Assembly (NCBI GenBank): GCA_003562365.1
Contig: PWVB01000227.1
Span: 1-51,630 of the forward strand
Origin: Anaerolineae bacterium
Lineage (GTDB): Bacteria > Chloroflexota > Anaerolineae > B4-G1 > SLSP01
Reading direction: 5' to 3'
DNA: 51,630 nt
This document shows, in pieces, positions 37,644 to 47,110 of this stretch. The notes beneath the pieces were generated by a model that saw only the letters and a list, made by a program, of their open reading frames with translations, was not told where the DNA came from and ran no database searches. The number at the start of each line of letters is the position of its first letter. Position 1 is the stretch's first letter. The position numbers and the translations under genes were made by a program.

Positions 37644-38521
37644 GCCTCCTCCTCTTTATAAGCTTGCTTCGGGGGTTCTACGATGATGCTATGATAGAGA
37701 TCCGGTCGCCGGTCGCCGATGGTGTCCAGTTCGAACTCACCCGGGCGGATTACAATGCGTTTCTCTCTTGCCGCACTGAGATCGATGTGAGCGTAGCTGA
37801 GGCCAGCGTCGGCCCCCGCCTCCGCCAGAATGTTCCCTTGCGGATCGCTGATCTGACTGTGGCCGAAGAACCAGAAACCACCCTCCCTTCCACAGCGGTT
37901 ACATGCCAGGAGGAAGACGCGGTTCTCGAGGGCGCGAGTGCGGGTGACGAACTGCGGCGCATTCTGTGAGCCATCGGGCCAATTGGTGGGAAGCGCGACG
38001 ATGTCGGCGTCCGCAAGGGCGAGTGTCCGTAAGGCTTCGGGAAAGCGCAAATCGTAACAGATGGCGATCCCGATGCGCCCAATCGCCGTCTCCCAGACCT
38101 GGAAGCCCGTATCCCCCGGTGTGGTAAAGCGGTCCACCCCCAGCAGCGGCAAGTGGGCCTTGCGGTAATGGCCGATCAGGCCCTCTGGGCCGACGAGCAC
38201 TGCACTGTTATAGACGATATCGGGGTTTTTCACTCTTTCCAGCAGACCCACGACCACGTAAGGTCCGGCATCCATCCTGTGCCGGCGACAGAGCGCGGTC
38301 AAGGCCATTGTTGTCGGCCCGGGTACCGGTTCGGCCACGGCGTATGCCGCTGAGAGATCTGCAAAGCCATAACCGGTTGTGGTGCACTCTGGAAAGACCG
38401 TAAGCGCTGTGTTCTGATCAATGGCTGCTTCGAATAGCTCGACGATACGCGAGAAATTGTGCTCATAGGCGCCGAGCTTTGGGTCCATTTGGGCAACGGC
38501 GACGCTCACGGTCCTGGTCAT
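37640..38521 (-). CDS. carbon-nitrogen hydrolase (nitrilase superfamily) protein
   Basis: Glu-Lys-Cys triad context: [26 protein letters not shown]. Confidence 0.85.
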   Translation of the reverse strand: MTRTVSVAVAQMDPKLGAYEHNFSRIVELFEAAIDQNTALTVFPECTTTGYGFADLSAAYAVAEPVPGPTTMALTALCRRHRMDAGPYVVVGLLERVKNPDIVYNSAVLVGPEGLIGHYRKAHLPLLGVDRFTTPGDTGFQVWETAIGRIGIAICYDLRFPEALRTLALADADIVALPTNWPDGSQNAPQFVTRTRALENRVFLLACNRCGREGGFWFFGHSQISDPQGNILAEAGADAGLSYAHIDLSAAREKRIVIRPGEFELDTIGDRRPDLYHSIIVEPPKQAYKEEEA

Positions 38522-38566
38522 AGGCCAGCTCCCTTCCTGCCGAAGAACGATTGTCTGTACGGGTTT

Positions 38567-39193
38567 TTACGCGCTCAGAGCGCGCGTGATAATGTGCCGC
38601 AGTTCTGTCTGAACGGTCTCGATCGAGGCGGTAGCATCTACCAAGCGCCACCGTGTTGGCTCTGCATCGATGAGCGTCAGGTACCCTTCGCGAACCCTGC
38701 GATGGAAAGCCACTGTTTCGCGATCCAGACGATTCAGCGCCTCGCCGCTGCTCTGGCGCCGCTGCAGCCCAATCTCCGGGGGTAGATCAAGACATATCGT
38801 GAGGTCGGGGATCAACCCGAGGGTAGCGAAAGCGGTAATGCGTCGAAGGGCTTCCATTGGAAGTCCTCGACCGTACCCTTGGTAGGCATAGGTGCTGTCG
38901 TAGAAACGGTCGCATAGAATGAGGGTACCGGCCTTCAACGCCGGCCGGATCACCTCGGCCACATGTTGGGCCCGTGCGGCCGAATAGAGCAAAATCTCGG
39001 TCTCGGCTGTCATCTCGGTATGCACACAATCGTGTAGAAGTACTCGAATCCGCTCGCCAACGGGCGTACCGCCAGGCTCACGGGTGGAGAGTACATCGTA
39101 TCCCTGCGCGATCAGCCAAGGCGCTAACGCCTTCAGCTGTGTGGTCTTGCCGCTTCCCTCAGGTCCCTCGAATGTGACGAACAGACCGGTCAT
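38567..39193 (-). CDS. tmk: dTMP kinase
   Basis: FVTFEGPEGSGKTTQ P-loop, DRF/DS motif, LID region. ATG at 39193 preferred. An alternative TTG at 39220 would overlap the upstream stop (TTGA). Confidence 0.88.
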   Translation of the reverse strand: MTGLFVTFEGPEGSGKTTQLKALAPWLIAQGYDVLSTREPGGTPVGERIRVLLHDCVHTEMTAETEILLYSAARAQHVAEVIRPALKAGTLILCDRFYDSTYAYQGYGRGLPMEALRRITAFATLGLIPDLTICLDLPPEIGLQRRQSSGEALNRLDRETVAFHRRVREGYLTLIDAEPTRWRLVDATASIETVQTELRHIITRALSA

Positions 39194-39216
39194 CGGCTCG
39201 CTCGAGTCATCCCCGG

Positions 39217-40815
39217 TCAACTCTCGCGGTAAATCCGGACGCTACGGTAGGGTTCTTCACCGAAGGATCGTGATCTCAGATCTGCCTTGCTGGCGAGGTC
39301 GTGCTGATAGCGCCGGACGAAGGAGTTCTGGGGTGACAAGCTCACCGCCTGTTGATCTCCTTGCAGCACGCGGCTGATGGCGTCTTCGGCCTCTCCCATC
39401 GCCAAAGTGAAGGCATCGGTCTCATCCTGCGAGAGTTCGAAGGTATCTGTCAAGAAGGTCTCGAGTTGGGCAGAAGTGTTGGCCCGCAACACGTAGATGG
39501 GTACCCCCCTTCGCTCGGCGTCGGTCACAACCCGCGGTCGCTTACGATAGTATTGCTTGGTTGTGACGAAGACGTGGGCCTCCTTCAGATTGTCGACCAC
39601 CCGAATTGGAACCCGCAGGTTCTGAGCCGCGCGAAGCAAACGATTTCGGGCGACACCGAAGGGGTAAATTCGCTTCTCCTGAAGCTTGCGACGCCCCCGT
39701 CCCGCGCGGGTTTCGATGGTTGCTGCCTCGCTCCGCTCACTGTACCCTCGCTCTTCTGGTCTGCTAGACCGCTCCTCGCGCACCTGCTCGGTGTGGATCT
39801 CACCGGAGCTATCGCGGTAGCGCAGCTCCTCAGGGAGCGACCGATCGCGCAGCAGGGCATCCACCGCTTCGGTAACGTTCCGGTGGACCATCAGGCGCTG
39901 CCGGTCCTGAATCTCGACCAGAATGTCAAACGTGGGCGGGGCTCGGCGTTCTAGCACCGTCTTCTGGGTGCCGCGGCGCCTGGCTTCCTCATCAGAAAGT
40001 GTTACGCTCTCAATGCCGCCCACCAGATCCGAGAGGGTGGGGTTGAGCAAAAGGTTGTCAAGGGTATTTCCGTGAGCGGTCGCGATCAACTGTACCCCAC
40101 GTTCGGCGATGGTTCGCGCAGCCAGTGCCTCCATCTCACGGCCAATCTCGTCAATGACGATGACCTCAGGGTTGTGATTCTCCACCGCCTCAATCATCAC
40201 TTCATGTTGGAGGCTAGGCATCGCCACCTGCATGCGCCGAGCGCGTCCAATGGCCGGGTGGGGAATGTCTCCGTCACCCGCGATCTCGTTGGAAGTGTCG
40301 ACGATGACGACCCGTTTGTTGGCGGCCAAGACCCGTGCCGCCTCGCGCAGCATCGTGGTCTTGCCCACGGCTGGACGTCCCAGCAACAGCACACTCTCGC
40401 CGGACTCGATCAGATCCTGGATGATGGTGATGGTGCCAAACACTGCTCGGCCAACCCGGCAAGTCAGTCCCACGATCTGACCCTTACGGTTGCGAATGGC
40501 CGCGATCCGGTGCAGTGTGCGAGCGATCCCCGCGCGGTTGTCGGCGTCGAACTCCCCGATGCGCTCGACCACCCAGTCGATGTCCTCACGCGACACTTCG
40601 CGCTCGCGCAGCACGATTTCCCTATCGGTGTAGCGTGCCGTCGGCACGCGGCCCAGATCCAGAATGACCTCCAGGAGATCATCGCGTCGCCCAATGGTAT
40701 TGACCGCCTCTTGAATCTCTGGCGCAAGGACCTGCATCAACGAGTCCAGATTGTCAACGATGGGCTGTGTTGTCTCTACGGTGTCCGTAGGAAAGCGCTC
40801 AGCAACTGTATTCAT
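39217..40815 (-). CDS. AAA/P-loop ATPase with C-terminal R3H domain (Ycf45/SpoIIIAA-like)
   Basis: LLLGRPAVGKTTMLRE Walker A and VIVIDEIG Walker B. The C-terminal segment SLSPQNSFVRRYQHDLA is R3H-like. Confidence 0.75.
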   Translation of the reverse strand: MNTVAERFPTDTVETTQPIVDNLDSLMQVLAPEIQEAVNTIGRRDDLLEVILDLGRVPTARYTDREIVLREREVSREDIDWVVERIGEFDADNRAGIARTLHRIAAIRNRKGQIVGLTCRVGRAVFGTITIIQDLIESGESVLLLGRPAVGKTTMLREAARVLAANKRVVIVDTSNEIAGDGDIPHPAIGRARRMQVAMPSLQHEVMIEAVENHNPEVIVIDEIGREMEALAARTIAERGVQLIATAHGNTLDNLLLNPTLSDLVGGIESVTLSDEEARRRGTQKTVLERRAPPTFDILVEIQDRQRLMVHRNVTEAVDALLRDRSLPEELRYRDSSGEIHTEQVREERSSRPEERGYSERSEAATIETRAGRGRRKLQEKRIYPFGVARNRLLRAAQNLRVPIRVVDNLKEAHVFVTTKQYYRKRPRVVTDAERRGVPIYVLRANTSAQLETFLTDTFELSQDETDAFTLAMGEAEDAISRVLQGDQQAVSLSPQNSFVRRYQHDLASKADLRSRSFGEEPYRSVRIYRES

Positions 40816-41219
40816 AATCTTTTTCTCTCAGGTTGTTCATCATTATCTATACTGAATTGTACCATGACAGGGGCTGTGAGGAAACCATTTACCTTATGCG
40901 CCAGACATTTTGAACGGGGAGCTTCTCTGTCCATCATTGCCGCATCATTCGCAACATTCAGTGCGCATAACGTCCAATCTCGCCAAAATGAGTCCATGCT
41001 ATTTGTTATGTGGGCTCTGAGTGGCCTAAGAGTATATATCCGAGCTCATCAAAGGCACCACAAGCTTTGGCTGACGTCCGGAATACCAGTGTTGATGGCG
41101 CACTGTGCCCAGCATCACGGGCGCAGCGGACTGGCAGGTGGTTAGAAGGGGCCTTTCATAATGTCTGCTTATGCGCTTCGGTGTTTCGAGCTACTACGAA
41201 CGCCTGGTTTCGCAGACAG

Positions 41220-41247
41220 TTGCGGGTAGACGCACTGCTTCTATAAT
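41220..41247 (+). promoter_or_regulatory. candidate promoter TTGCGG-16-TATAAT with ~130-nt leader ahead of the PfkB-family kinase gene
   Basis: Read directly. The leader contains hairpins CCTAC...GTAGG and GGTGC...GCACC. Confidence 0.4.
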
Positions 41248-41382
41248 ACCTACGATCTAGAACCTTAGTAGGTGGCTTTGGTGGTGCGCTACAGCCTCGG
41301 GCACCTGCTGCCTTGATGCTGGACGCGTCAGGCTGATAGCGTGGTGTTATTGTGTTGAGGAGATGACGGCAAGGGTGACGGG

Positions 41383-42321
41383 ATGATAGTGACGGTTACG
41401 CCTAATCCGGTCCTGGACCTTACGCTGACAGTGTCGGAGATCATCTTAAATGAGATGACCCGTGCACTTGAGGCGCGCGAAGATTGGGGCGGCAAGGGTT
41501 TCAACGTCTCGCGGGCGTTACAGGCCCTCGGCGTGCCAAGTGTCGCGCTGGGGTTCGTTGGAGGTGCGACAGGACATAAGCTCCAGTCGGGTTTGCGCAG
41601 CCTGGGGATCGACACCGATCTGACGCTCATCGCGAACGAGACACGCACGAATGTTGTCATCGCAGAATCTGATGGTTCTCGATACGTGAAAGTCAACGAA
41701 GCAGGCCCGCTGGTGACAGCTCAGGAAGTCGACGCTTTCCTGGCGCATGTAGCGGTGTGCGCGCGCCAAGGCGATCTGTGGGCCTTGTGCGGCAGCCTCC
41801 CTCCCGGCGTACAGGCGAGCTTCTATGCGGATCTGATTGTCCTGCTGCGGTCACGTGGCGCCAATGTCTTGCTGGACACCAGCGGGGAGGCTTTTAGGCT
41901 CGGGCTGGAGGCCGGCCCTTTTGCAGTGAAGCCCAATCTGGAAGAAGCTGCGGCATGGTGGGGTGAGCCGATTCAATCTGGCGAGAAAGCTGCCCTAGTT
42001 GTGGATAACTTGCTAGAACTGGGGATAACTTTGGTCGCCCTCTCCCTGGGTGGCGAGGGGCTACTGCTGGCCTCGGGCGATGTCCGAGTCTGGGCCCTCC
42101 CGCCAGAGCTCGCGATCCGCAATCCGGTCGGGGCCGGCGACGCACTGGTAGCCGGATTGCTCTGGGCGGCCTCGGAGGGACTGTCCCTGCACGCTATGGC
42201 GCGCAGGGGCGTTGCGACTGGCACGGCGGCTGCGCTCCACGGTGGTGTGAGCGTGGGATCACGAGACGAGGTGATGCGTCTGATGGATGCGGTTCGCCTG
42301 GAGCCGTGGCCTGGAAGGTAG
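41383..42321 (+). CDS. PfkB-family hexose-phosphate kinase (1-phosphofructokinase / tagatose-6-phosphate kinase-like)
   Basis: MIVTVTPNPVLDLT N-terminus, GGKGFNVS, and C-terminal NPVGAGDALVAG. Confidence 0.8.
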   Translation: MIVTVTPNPVLDLTLTVSEIILNEMTRALEAREDWGGKGFNVSRALQALGVPSVALGFVGGATGHKLQSGLRSLGIDTDLTLIANETRTNVVIAESDGSRYVKVNEAGPLVTAQEVDAFLAHVAVCARQGDLWALCGSLPPGVQASFYADLIVLLRSRGANVLLDTSGEAFRLGLEAGPFAVKPNLEEAAAWWGEPIQSGEKAALVVDNLLELGITLVALSLGGEGLLLASGDVRVWALPPELAIRNPVGAGDALVAGLLWAASEGLSLHAMARRGVATGTAAALHGGVSVGSRDEVMRLMDAVRLEPWPGR

Positions 42322-42323
42322 CG

Positions 42324-43148
42324 ATGCACGAGCTAAATGAAGATAAACTGTTGATTGCGGTGGCCCCCTCAGTTCCTCCCTATATGCGGGAAGGGCTACC
42401 GCCTTTGGACCTTTCGCCCGAAGGGATTGCTGAAGAGGTCGTGCGTGCTTGGAACGTGGGCGCGAGCATCGCACACCTGCACGTCTGGAATGAAGATGGC
42501 TATCCCACGCAGGATGTCACCGCCTTCACGCGCACTGTTAGGCTCATTCGCGAACGCTGTGACATCCTGATCGAGGGCTCCACAGGTGGGTTTAACGAGC
42601 TCACACCTGCTGAACGGTCGGTCTCCCTGCAGGTCAATGTAGAATTGGCCTCCCTCAACCCCGGATCGGTTAACTACGATGCCGGCGTCTACATTAACCC
42701 ACCGGAGGCCATCGACTACTGGGCTCAGGAGATGCATCGCCGCTGCATCAAGCCGGATGCAGCTATCTTCGAAGTGGGCATGATTGCCAACACACTGCGC
42801 CTGGCGGATGCGGGCTGGCTCTCTCCTCCCTATCTGTTTACTTTTGTCCTGGGTCAATCGGGCGCGATGCCCGCAACAGCTCAGAACCTCTGCTTTCTGA
42901 GCCAGAGTCTCCCTGCATCAGCAATCTGGGGCGCGATCGGACATGGTGGACACGACGTCACCATCGCGTTGCTGGCAATGGGCATGGGGGGGCACGTACG
43001 CGCCGGTTTTGAAGACAATCCCTATTACCGGCCTGGTGTGCCGGCGACGAGCAACGCCCAGTTGATCGAGCGCCTGGTGCGGATCGCGCAGGAGCTTGGG
43101 CGGCCCATAGCATCTCCAGCGGAAGCTCGTGAGATGATTGGGGTCTAG
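42324..43148 (+). CDS. beta-keto acid cleavage enzyme family protein (BKACE, DUF849)
   Basis: IAHLHVW and GGHVRAGFEDN motifs. The ATG lies 2 nt after the kinase stop. Confidence 0.8.
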   Translation: MHELNEDKLLIAVAPSVPPYMREGLPPLDLSPEGIAEEVVRAWNVGASIAHLHVWNEDGYPTQDVTAFTRTVRLIRERCDILIEGSTGGFNELTPAERSVSLQVNVELASLNPGSVNYDAGVYINPPEAIDYWAQEMHRRCIKPDAAIFEVGMIANTLRLADAGWLSPPYLFTFVLGQSGAMPATAQNLCFLSQSLPASAIWGAIGHGGHDVTIALLAMGMGGHVRAGFEDNPYYRPGVPATSNAQLIERLVRIAQELGRPIASPAEAREMIGV

Positions 43149-43155
43149 GCAGAGC

Positions 43156-44208
43156 GTGCTGCGCGTTGCGATTCTAGGAGTGGGCTGGGCCGGCACACGC
43201 CACGTGCGGGCTATCCGCGAGCTTGTGAATTCGGGACGGCGCGATGATATCCTAGTAGACTGCCTCGTAGACAACGATGTGGAATTTCTGCAGAAGAAGG
43301 CTGCAGTGCTAGGAATCGAGAAGACCTATCCGGACTATCAGGCTGCTTTGAACGATTCGGTGGTGAACGCGGTTTCGATCTGTCTTCCTCACAGGTTGCA
43401 CTGTCCTGTGGCCATCGAGGCCGTGAGAGCAGGTAAGCATGTGCTGGTGGAAAAGCCGATGGCGCTGACGGTCGCCGATGCGACGCGCATGATCGAGGCT
43501 GCAGAGTCACAGGGTGTCGCACTCTATGTGGCGGAAAATGAATCTTACAGCGCCGCCTCATGCATGCTGCGGGAGATCGTACAAACCGGTCGCTACATTG
43601 GTGAACTCACCGGGGCCGCACTGGCGCGTGGATTTCGGGCACCAGACTACGGATATTCGGGACGACGCGCTTGGTTGTCGACTCCCGAGCTCGGCGGCAC
43701 GGGACATTGGATGTTACAAGGTGTTCATAGTATGGCACAGCTACGCTTCATCTTGGGTGAGGTGGCCATCGTCTATTTGAGGGAGCATAAGGCGAGCTCT
43801 TTCCGGCGACAGGATGTCGAGGGTACCCTGAGTGGCCTGCTGACTTTGGGGAGCGGCCTGCATGTCTCGATTCTACAGACGGCGGAGACCCGCCTGGCTC
43901 ACAGCCTGCGGGGTTACACACTCTATGGGGATCAGGGTGTGGTGCGGTCTGGTCGTGAGGGCATCGAGGTCTTCAGTCAGGTGTTGGATCCTGATGAGAG
44001 GCCGGTTTGCCTTCCCTATCCGGCAGTGTCACTATCACCTTATGCTGCGGAGATGGACGCCTTTGCCGACTACGTGGAGGGACGCCGAGCCGGTCCTACC
44101 ACAGGAAGGAGCGAGCGTCGAAGTCTGGCGATCATTGAAGCAGGATATGCATCGCTAGAGAGTGGCGCACCGGTGAACCTACGAGTCCAGTTTGGCGACC
44201 TCGGCTGA
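43156..44208 (+). CDS. Gfo/Idh/MocA family oxidoreductase
   Basis: LRVAILGVGWAGTRH Rossmann N-terminus and the EKP motif (VLVEKPMA). GTG at 43156 chosen; the TTG at 43138 overlaps the BKACE gene. Confidence 0.8.
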   Translation: MLRVAILGVGWAGTRHVRAIRELVNSGRRDDILVDCLVDNDVEFLQKKAAVLGIEKTYPDYQAALNDSVVNAVSICLPHRLHCPVAIEAVRAGKHVLVEKPMALTVADATRMIEAAESQGVALYVAENESYSAASCMLREIVQTGRYIGELTGAALARGFRAPDYGYSGRRAWLSTPELGGTGHWMLQGVHSMAQLRFILGEVAIVYLREHKASSFRRQDVEGTLSGLLTLGSGLHVSILQTAETRLAHSLRGYTLYGDQGVVRSGREGIEVFSQVLDPDERPVCLPYPAVSLSPYAAEMDAFADYVEGRRAGPTTGRSERRSLAIIEAGYASLESGAPVNLRVQFGDLG

Positions 44209-44269
44209 GTATCGACCGCGGTGTGAAGCTTCAATTGCCACAGAGTCGGCAGGACAATGTGCTGCGGCG

Positions 44270-45157
44270 CTATCCGGCGGGGCACTCAGCAATCAACGCG
44301 ACCCACTCTCCCTGACGCCAGCGGTCGGTGACCCGCAAGCCATAGCGCTGGAGCGCCGCGGCGACCTCATCGGTTTGGTCTTCCAGAATGCCGGAAGCTA
44401 CCAGTGTGCCATCAACCAGCACCCGTTCTGCCAGGCCGCTTTCGGCCATAGCGATGATGACGGGAGCCAGAATGTTGGCGACGACTAAGCTGTAGGCTTC
44501 TTGCACGTCCGCGAGTGAGCCGCACCGAAGCTCTACACGATCATCAAGCTGGTTAGCAGCAGCGTTGCGCCGCGCTGCGTTGACGGCGGAGGGATCGTTA
44601 TCAATGCCCAGAACCGGATCCGCGCCCAATTGCGCGGCGATCATTGCCAGAATCCCGGTCCCGGTGCCCAAGTCCAGCATGCCGGTGCCAGCACGGGCAA
44701 ACGCCTCCACCGCCGTAACGCACAGCTGTGTGGTGGGATGCAGGCCCGTGCCAAACGCCATACCGGGGTCGATCATCAGCACGATCTCATCGGTTTGGGG
44801 ACTATAGGTGCGCCAGGAGGGCCTGATCACGACGCGCTCACCCAGATGCAACACTGGAATCTGCTCTTTCCAGGTCGCTGTCCAATCCTGCTCAGGGATG
44901 GTTCGGAAGGCCGGTTCGGGAATGATAGGCCAGATCTGGCGCAGGTGCCATAGGCCTTCTTCAATCTTACGTCGCCGCGCCGCGATTCCCTCATCCACAG
45001 CCAGGTAGGCCTTGACCGTCACCAGGCTGACGATCGCCGGATCGGCGCCGTAGTCGAAGGCGACTCCCCGGGGGGCATAGCGGCTTAATACCTCAGCGAC
45101 CGCCTCGGCGGCTTCCCCATTGACCTGCACTCTCACCTCCAGCCATTCGGCGGTCAT
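44270..45157 (-). CDS. prmA: ribosomal protein L11 methyltransferase
   Basis: IDPGMAFGTGLHPTTQLC and LDLGTGTGILA SAM motif. Lies immediately downstream of dnaJ. Confidence 0.88.
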   Translation of the reverse strand: MTAEWLEVRVQVNGEAAEAVAEVLSRYAPRGVAFDYGADPAIVSLVTVKAYLAVDEGIAARRRKIEEGLWHLRQIWPIIPEPAFRTIPEQDWTATWKEQIPVLHLGERVVIRPSWRTYSPQTDEIVLMIDPGMAFGTGLHPTTQLCVTAVEAFARAGTGMLDLGTGTGILAMIAAQLGADPVLGIDNDPSAVNAARRNAAANQLDDRVELRCGSLADVQEAYSLVVANILAPVIIAMAESGLAERVLVDGTLVASGILEDQTDEVAAALQRYGLRVTDRWRQGEWVALIAECPAG

Positions 45158-45166
45158 CGGAGATGG

Positions 45167-46291
45167 CTAAAGCCCTAGGGCATCCTTTACACGGTCGACA
45201 AAGCTCTGCTTGTTTTCGATGACGCCTGCCGTCCCCAGAGTCTCGGCCAGCTGGTTGAAGAGCGCCTTCTGCTCCTCACTCAGACGTTTGGGAATAGCAA
45301 CCTGGGTCACGACCAGCTGATCGCCGCGGCGGTTGCCCCGGAGCTCGGGAATGCCCAGGCCCCGTAACCGGAATATAGCACCGGACTGGGTGCCAGCGGG
45401 AATGGTGATCTGGTGATCACCGTCTAGGGTCGGTACGGTCACCACGTCACCTAAGGCTGCCTGCGAGACGTTGATTTCCATCTCTAAGATAACGTCAGTG
45501 CCGCGACGGGAGAAGAAGTCGTGGGGCTGCACCCGTAGTGTGATATAGAGGTTGCCGCTCGGTCCGTTGAGTTCGCCGGGCTCCCCCTGGCCTGAAACGC
45601 GGATCGTGACGCCATCATCCACACCCGGGGGGATGGCGACCTCAATCTGGCGGGTGGCGTAGCCCCGTCCTGATCCTCGACATTCGTGACAAGGTGTTTT
45701 GACGACCTTTCCACGTCCCTGGCAGCGTTGGCACGTCGTGATGTTGACGAAGCTGCCCAGCAGGGTTCGTTGAACCTGGCGGGTCTGCCCCGTTCCCCCA
45801 CACTCAGTGCAGGTTTCCGGTGTTGTGCCCGGTTCGGCGCCAGAGCCGTCACAGACCGAACATAGTTCCTGGCGTCGAACCTCAACTGTCTTCTCGGCAC
45901 CAAAGGCAGCTTCCTCAAAGGTGATCTCCAGACTGGTCCGGAGATCATTGCCTCTCCGCGGTCCTGCCCGACCAGATCTACCGAAGTCACCGAACCCGCC
46001 GAGATTGCCAAAGACTTCGGCGAAGATGTCGAAGGGATCGCGCATACCGCCAAAGTCGAAGCCGCCAAGACCGGGAGGGCCGTCGGTGCCGTAGCGATCA
46101 TACATCGCGCGTTTCTCCGCGTCCGATAGCACTTCATAGGCGGCATTGACTTCCTTGAACCTGTCCTCTGCCCCCGGTTCCGAGTTTACGTCCGGGTGGT
46201 ACTTTCTGGCCAATGTGCGGTACGCCTTCTTGATCTCCTCAGGGCTGGCATTATGAGCGACCCCCAGGGTAGCGTAATAATCTTGACTCAT
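45167..46291 (-). CDS. dnaJ: molecular chaperone DnaJ
   Basis: J-domain with HPD (KYHPDVN), G/F region, four CxxCxGxG zinc-finger repeats. Confidence 0.95.
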   Translation of the reverse strand: MSQDYYATLGVAHNASPEEIKKAYRTLARKYHPDVNSEPGAEDRFKEVNAAYEVLSDAEKRAMYDRYGTDGPPGLGGFDFGGMRDPFDIFAEVFGNLGGFGDFGRSGRAGPRRGNDLRTSLEITFEEAAFGAEKTVEVRRQELCSVCDGSGAEPGTTPETCTECGGTGQTRQVQRTLLGSFVNITTCQRCQGRGKVVKTPCHECRGSGRGYATRQIEVAIPPGVDDGVTIRVSGQGEPGELNGPSGNLYITLRVQPHDFFSRRGTDVILEMEINVSQAALGDVVTVPTLDGDHQITIPAGTQSGAIFRLRGLGIPELRGNRRGDQLVVTQVAIPKRLSEEQKALFNQLAETLGTAGVIENKQSFVDRVKDALGL

Positions 46292-46345
46292 TTTTTCTCC
46301 ATCTGCGTTCGTCTACTATCCTAGAAGGCAGTGCAATCCTGATAC

Positions 46346-47110
46346 CTATGCCTGGGATTTCGGTTCAGCGTCCTCGTCTAGCTCCTCGACCACGGTGCCC
46401 TGCACCTCGACAACCGCTGCCGCGTCGACGTCCTCTGCCACCTCGTCGTCTTCAGATGCGGCTGGCGCCTCCGTGGCGCCTTTAGCTACGACAACCAGGG
46501 ACGGACGCAGTATTCGCTCTCCGACTAGATACCCGGTCTCTATCTCGGTCACAATCTCGCCATCGCCAAAGCCTTCGACCTCCTGATAGAGGACGGCCTC
46601 ATGATAGTTTGGATCGAAGGCATCGCCGGGCTCAATCTCGATGGGCGTCACGTTTTCCGACTTAAGAACGCTCTCGAGCTTGCGTTGAACCAGACGGATT
46701 CCGTTGAGCCACTGATCCTCCTGGTACGCCTCCGGCACGGCCTCAAAAGCCCGCTTGAAGTCGTCGAGCACCGGTAGAAGACGGGCAAGCAAGGCCGCGT
46801 TGGCGGTGCTGCGCCACTGACCTTGCTCTGCCTCGGTCCGCTTACGATAGTTTGCAAAAGCAGCCTGGGCTCGCTGCCAACCATCGAGGTACTCCGCGGT
46901 CTTTTGCTCAGCTTCAGCAAGGCTGGCCTCAGCCTGTGCCAGCTTCTGCTCAAGCGTCAGGGTCCGGGCTTCCGTTTCGGACCTATCTGCCTCAGAGGTG
47001 ACATCTGCTTCAACTGTTGCGTCACTATCGGCTGGTGGGGTTTCCTGGATCACTTCAGGATCAGGCGTGTTATCTGTGGCTGGTTTTGGCTTAGGGTCCT
47101 CTTTCTTCAT
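46346..47110 (-). CDS. grpE: nucleotide exchange factor GrpE
   Basis: Coiled-coil followed by ANYRKRTE, LLPVLDDF and FDPNYHEAV motifs. GGAGG lies 8 nt upstream of the ATG. Confidence 0.92.
   Translation of the reverse strand: MKKEDPKPKPATDNTPDPEVIQETPPADSDATVEADVTSEADRSETEARTLTLEQKLAQAEASLAEAEQKTAEYLDGWQRAQAAFANYRKRTEAEQGQWRSTANAALLARLLPVLDDFKRAFEAVPEAYQEDQWLNGIRLVQRKLESVLKSENVTPIEIEPGDAFDPNYHEAVLYQEVEGFGDGEIVTEIETGYLVGERILRPSLVVVAKGATEAPAASEDDEVAEDVDAAAVVEVQGTVVEELDEDAEPKSQA

Noticed and set aside
40072-41145. 357-aa plus-strand ORF
   Set aside because: It lies antisense to the well-supported R3H/AAA ATPase gene. The translation is His/Arg/Asp-rich with no motifs, a typical high-GC shadow ORF. 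Its tail (from the ATG at 40863) has low GC3 and no RBS.
46292-46345. Possible deletion scar where dnaK would normally sit between grpE and dnaJ
   Set aside because: This is only a 54-nt clean intergenic spacer with a normal RBS for dnaJ and no remnant dnaK codons. It is most simply a native arrangement with dnaK elsewhere.
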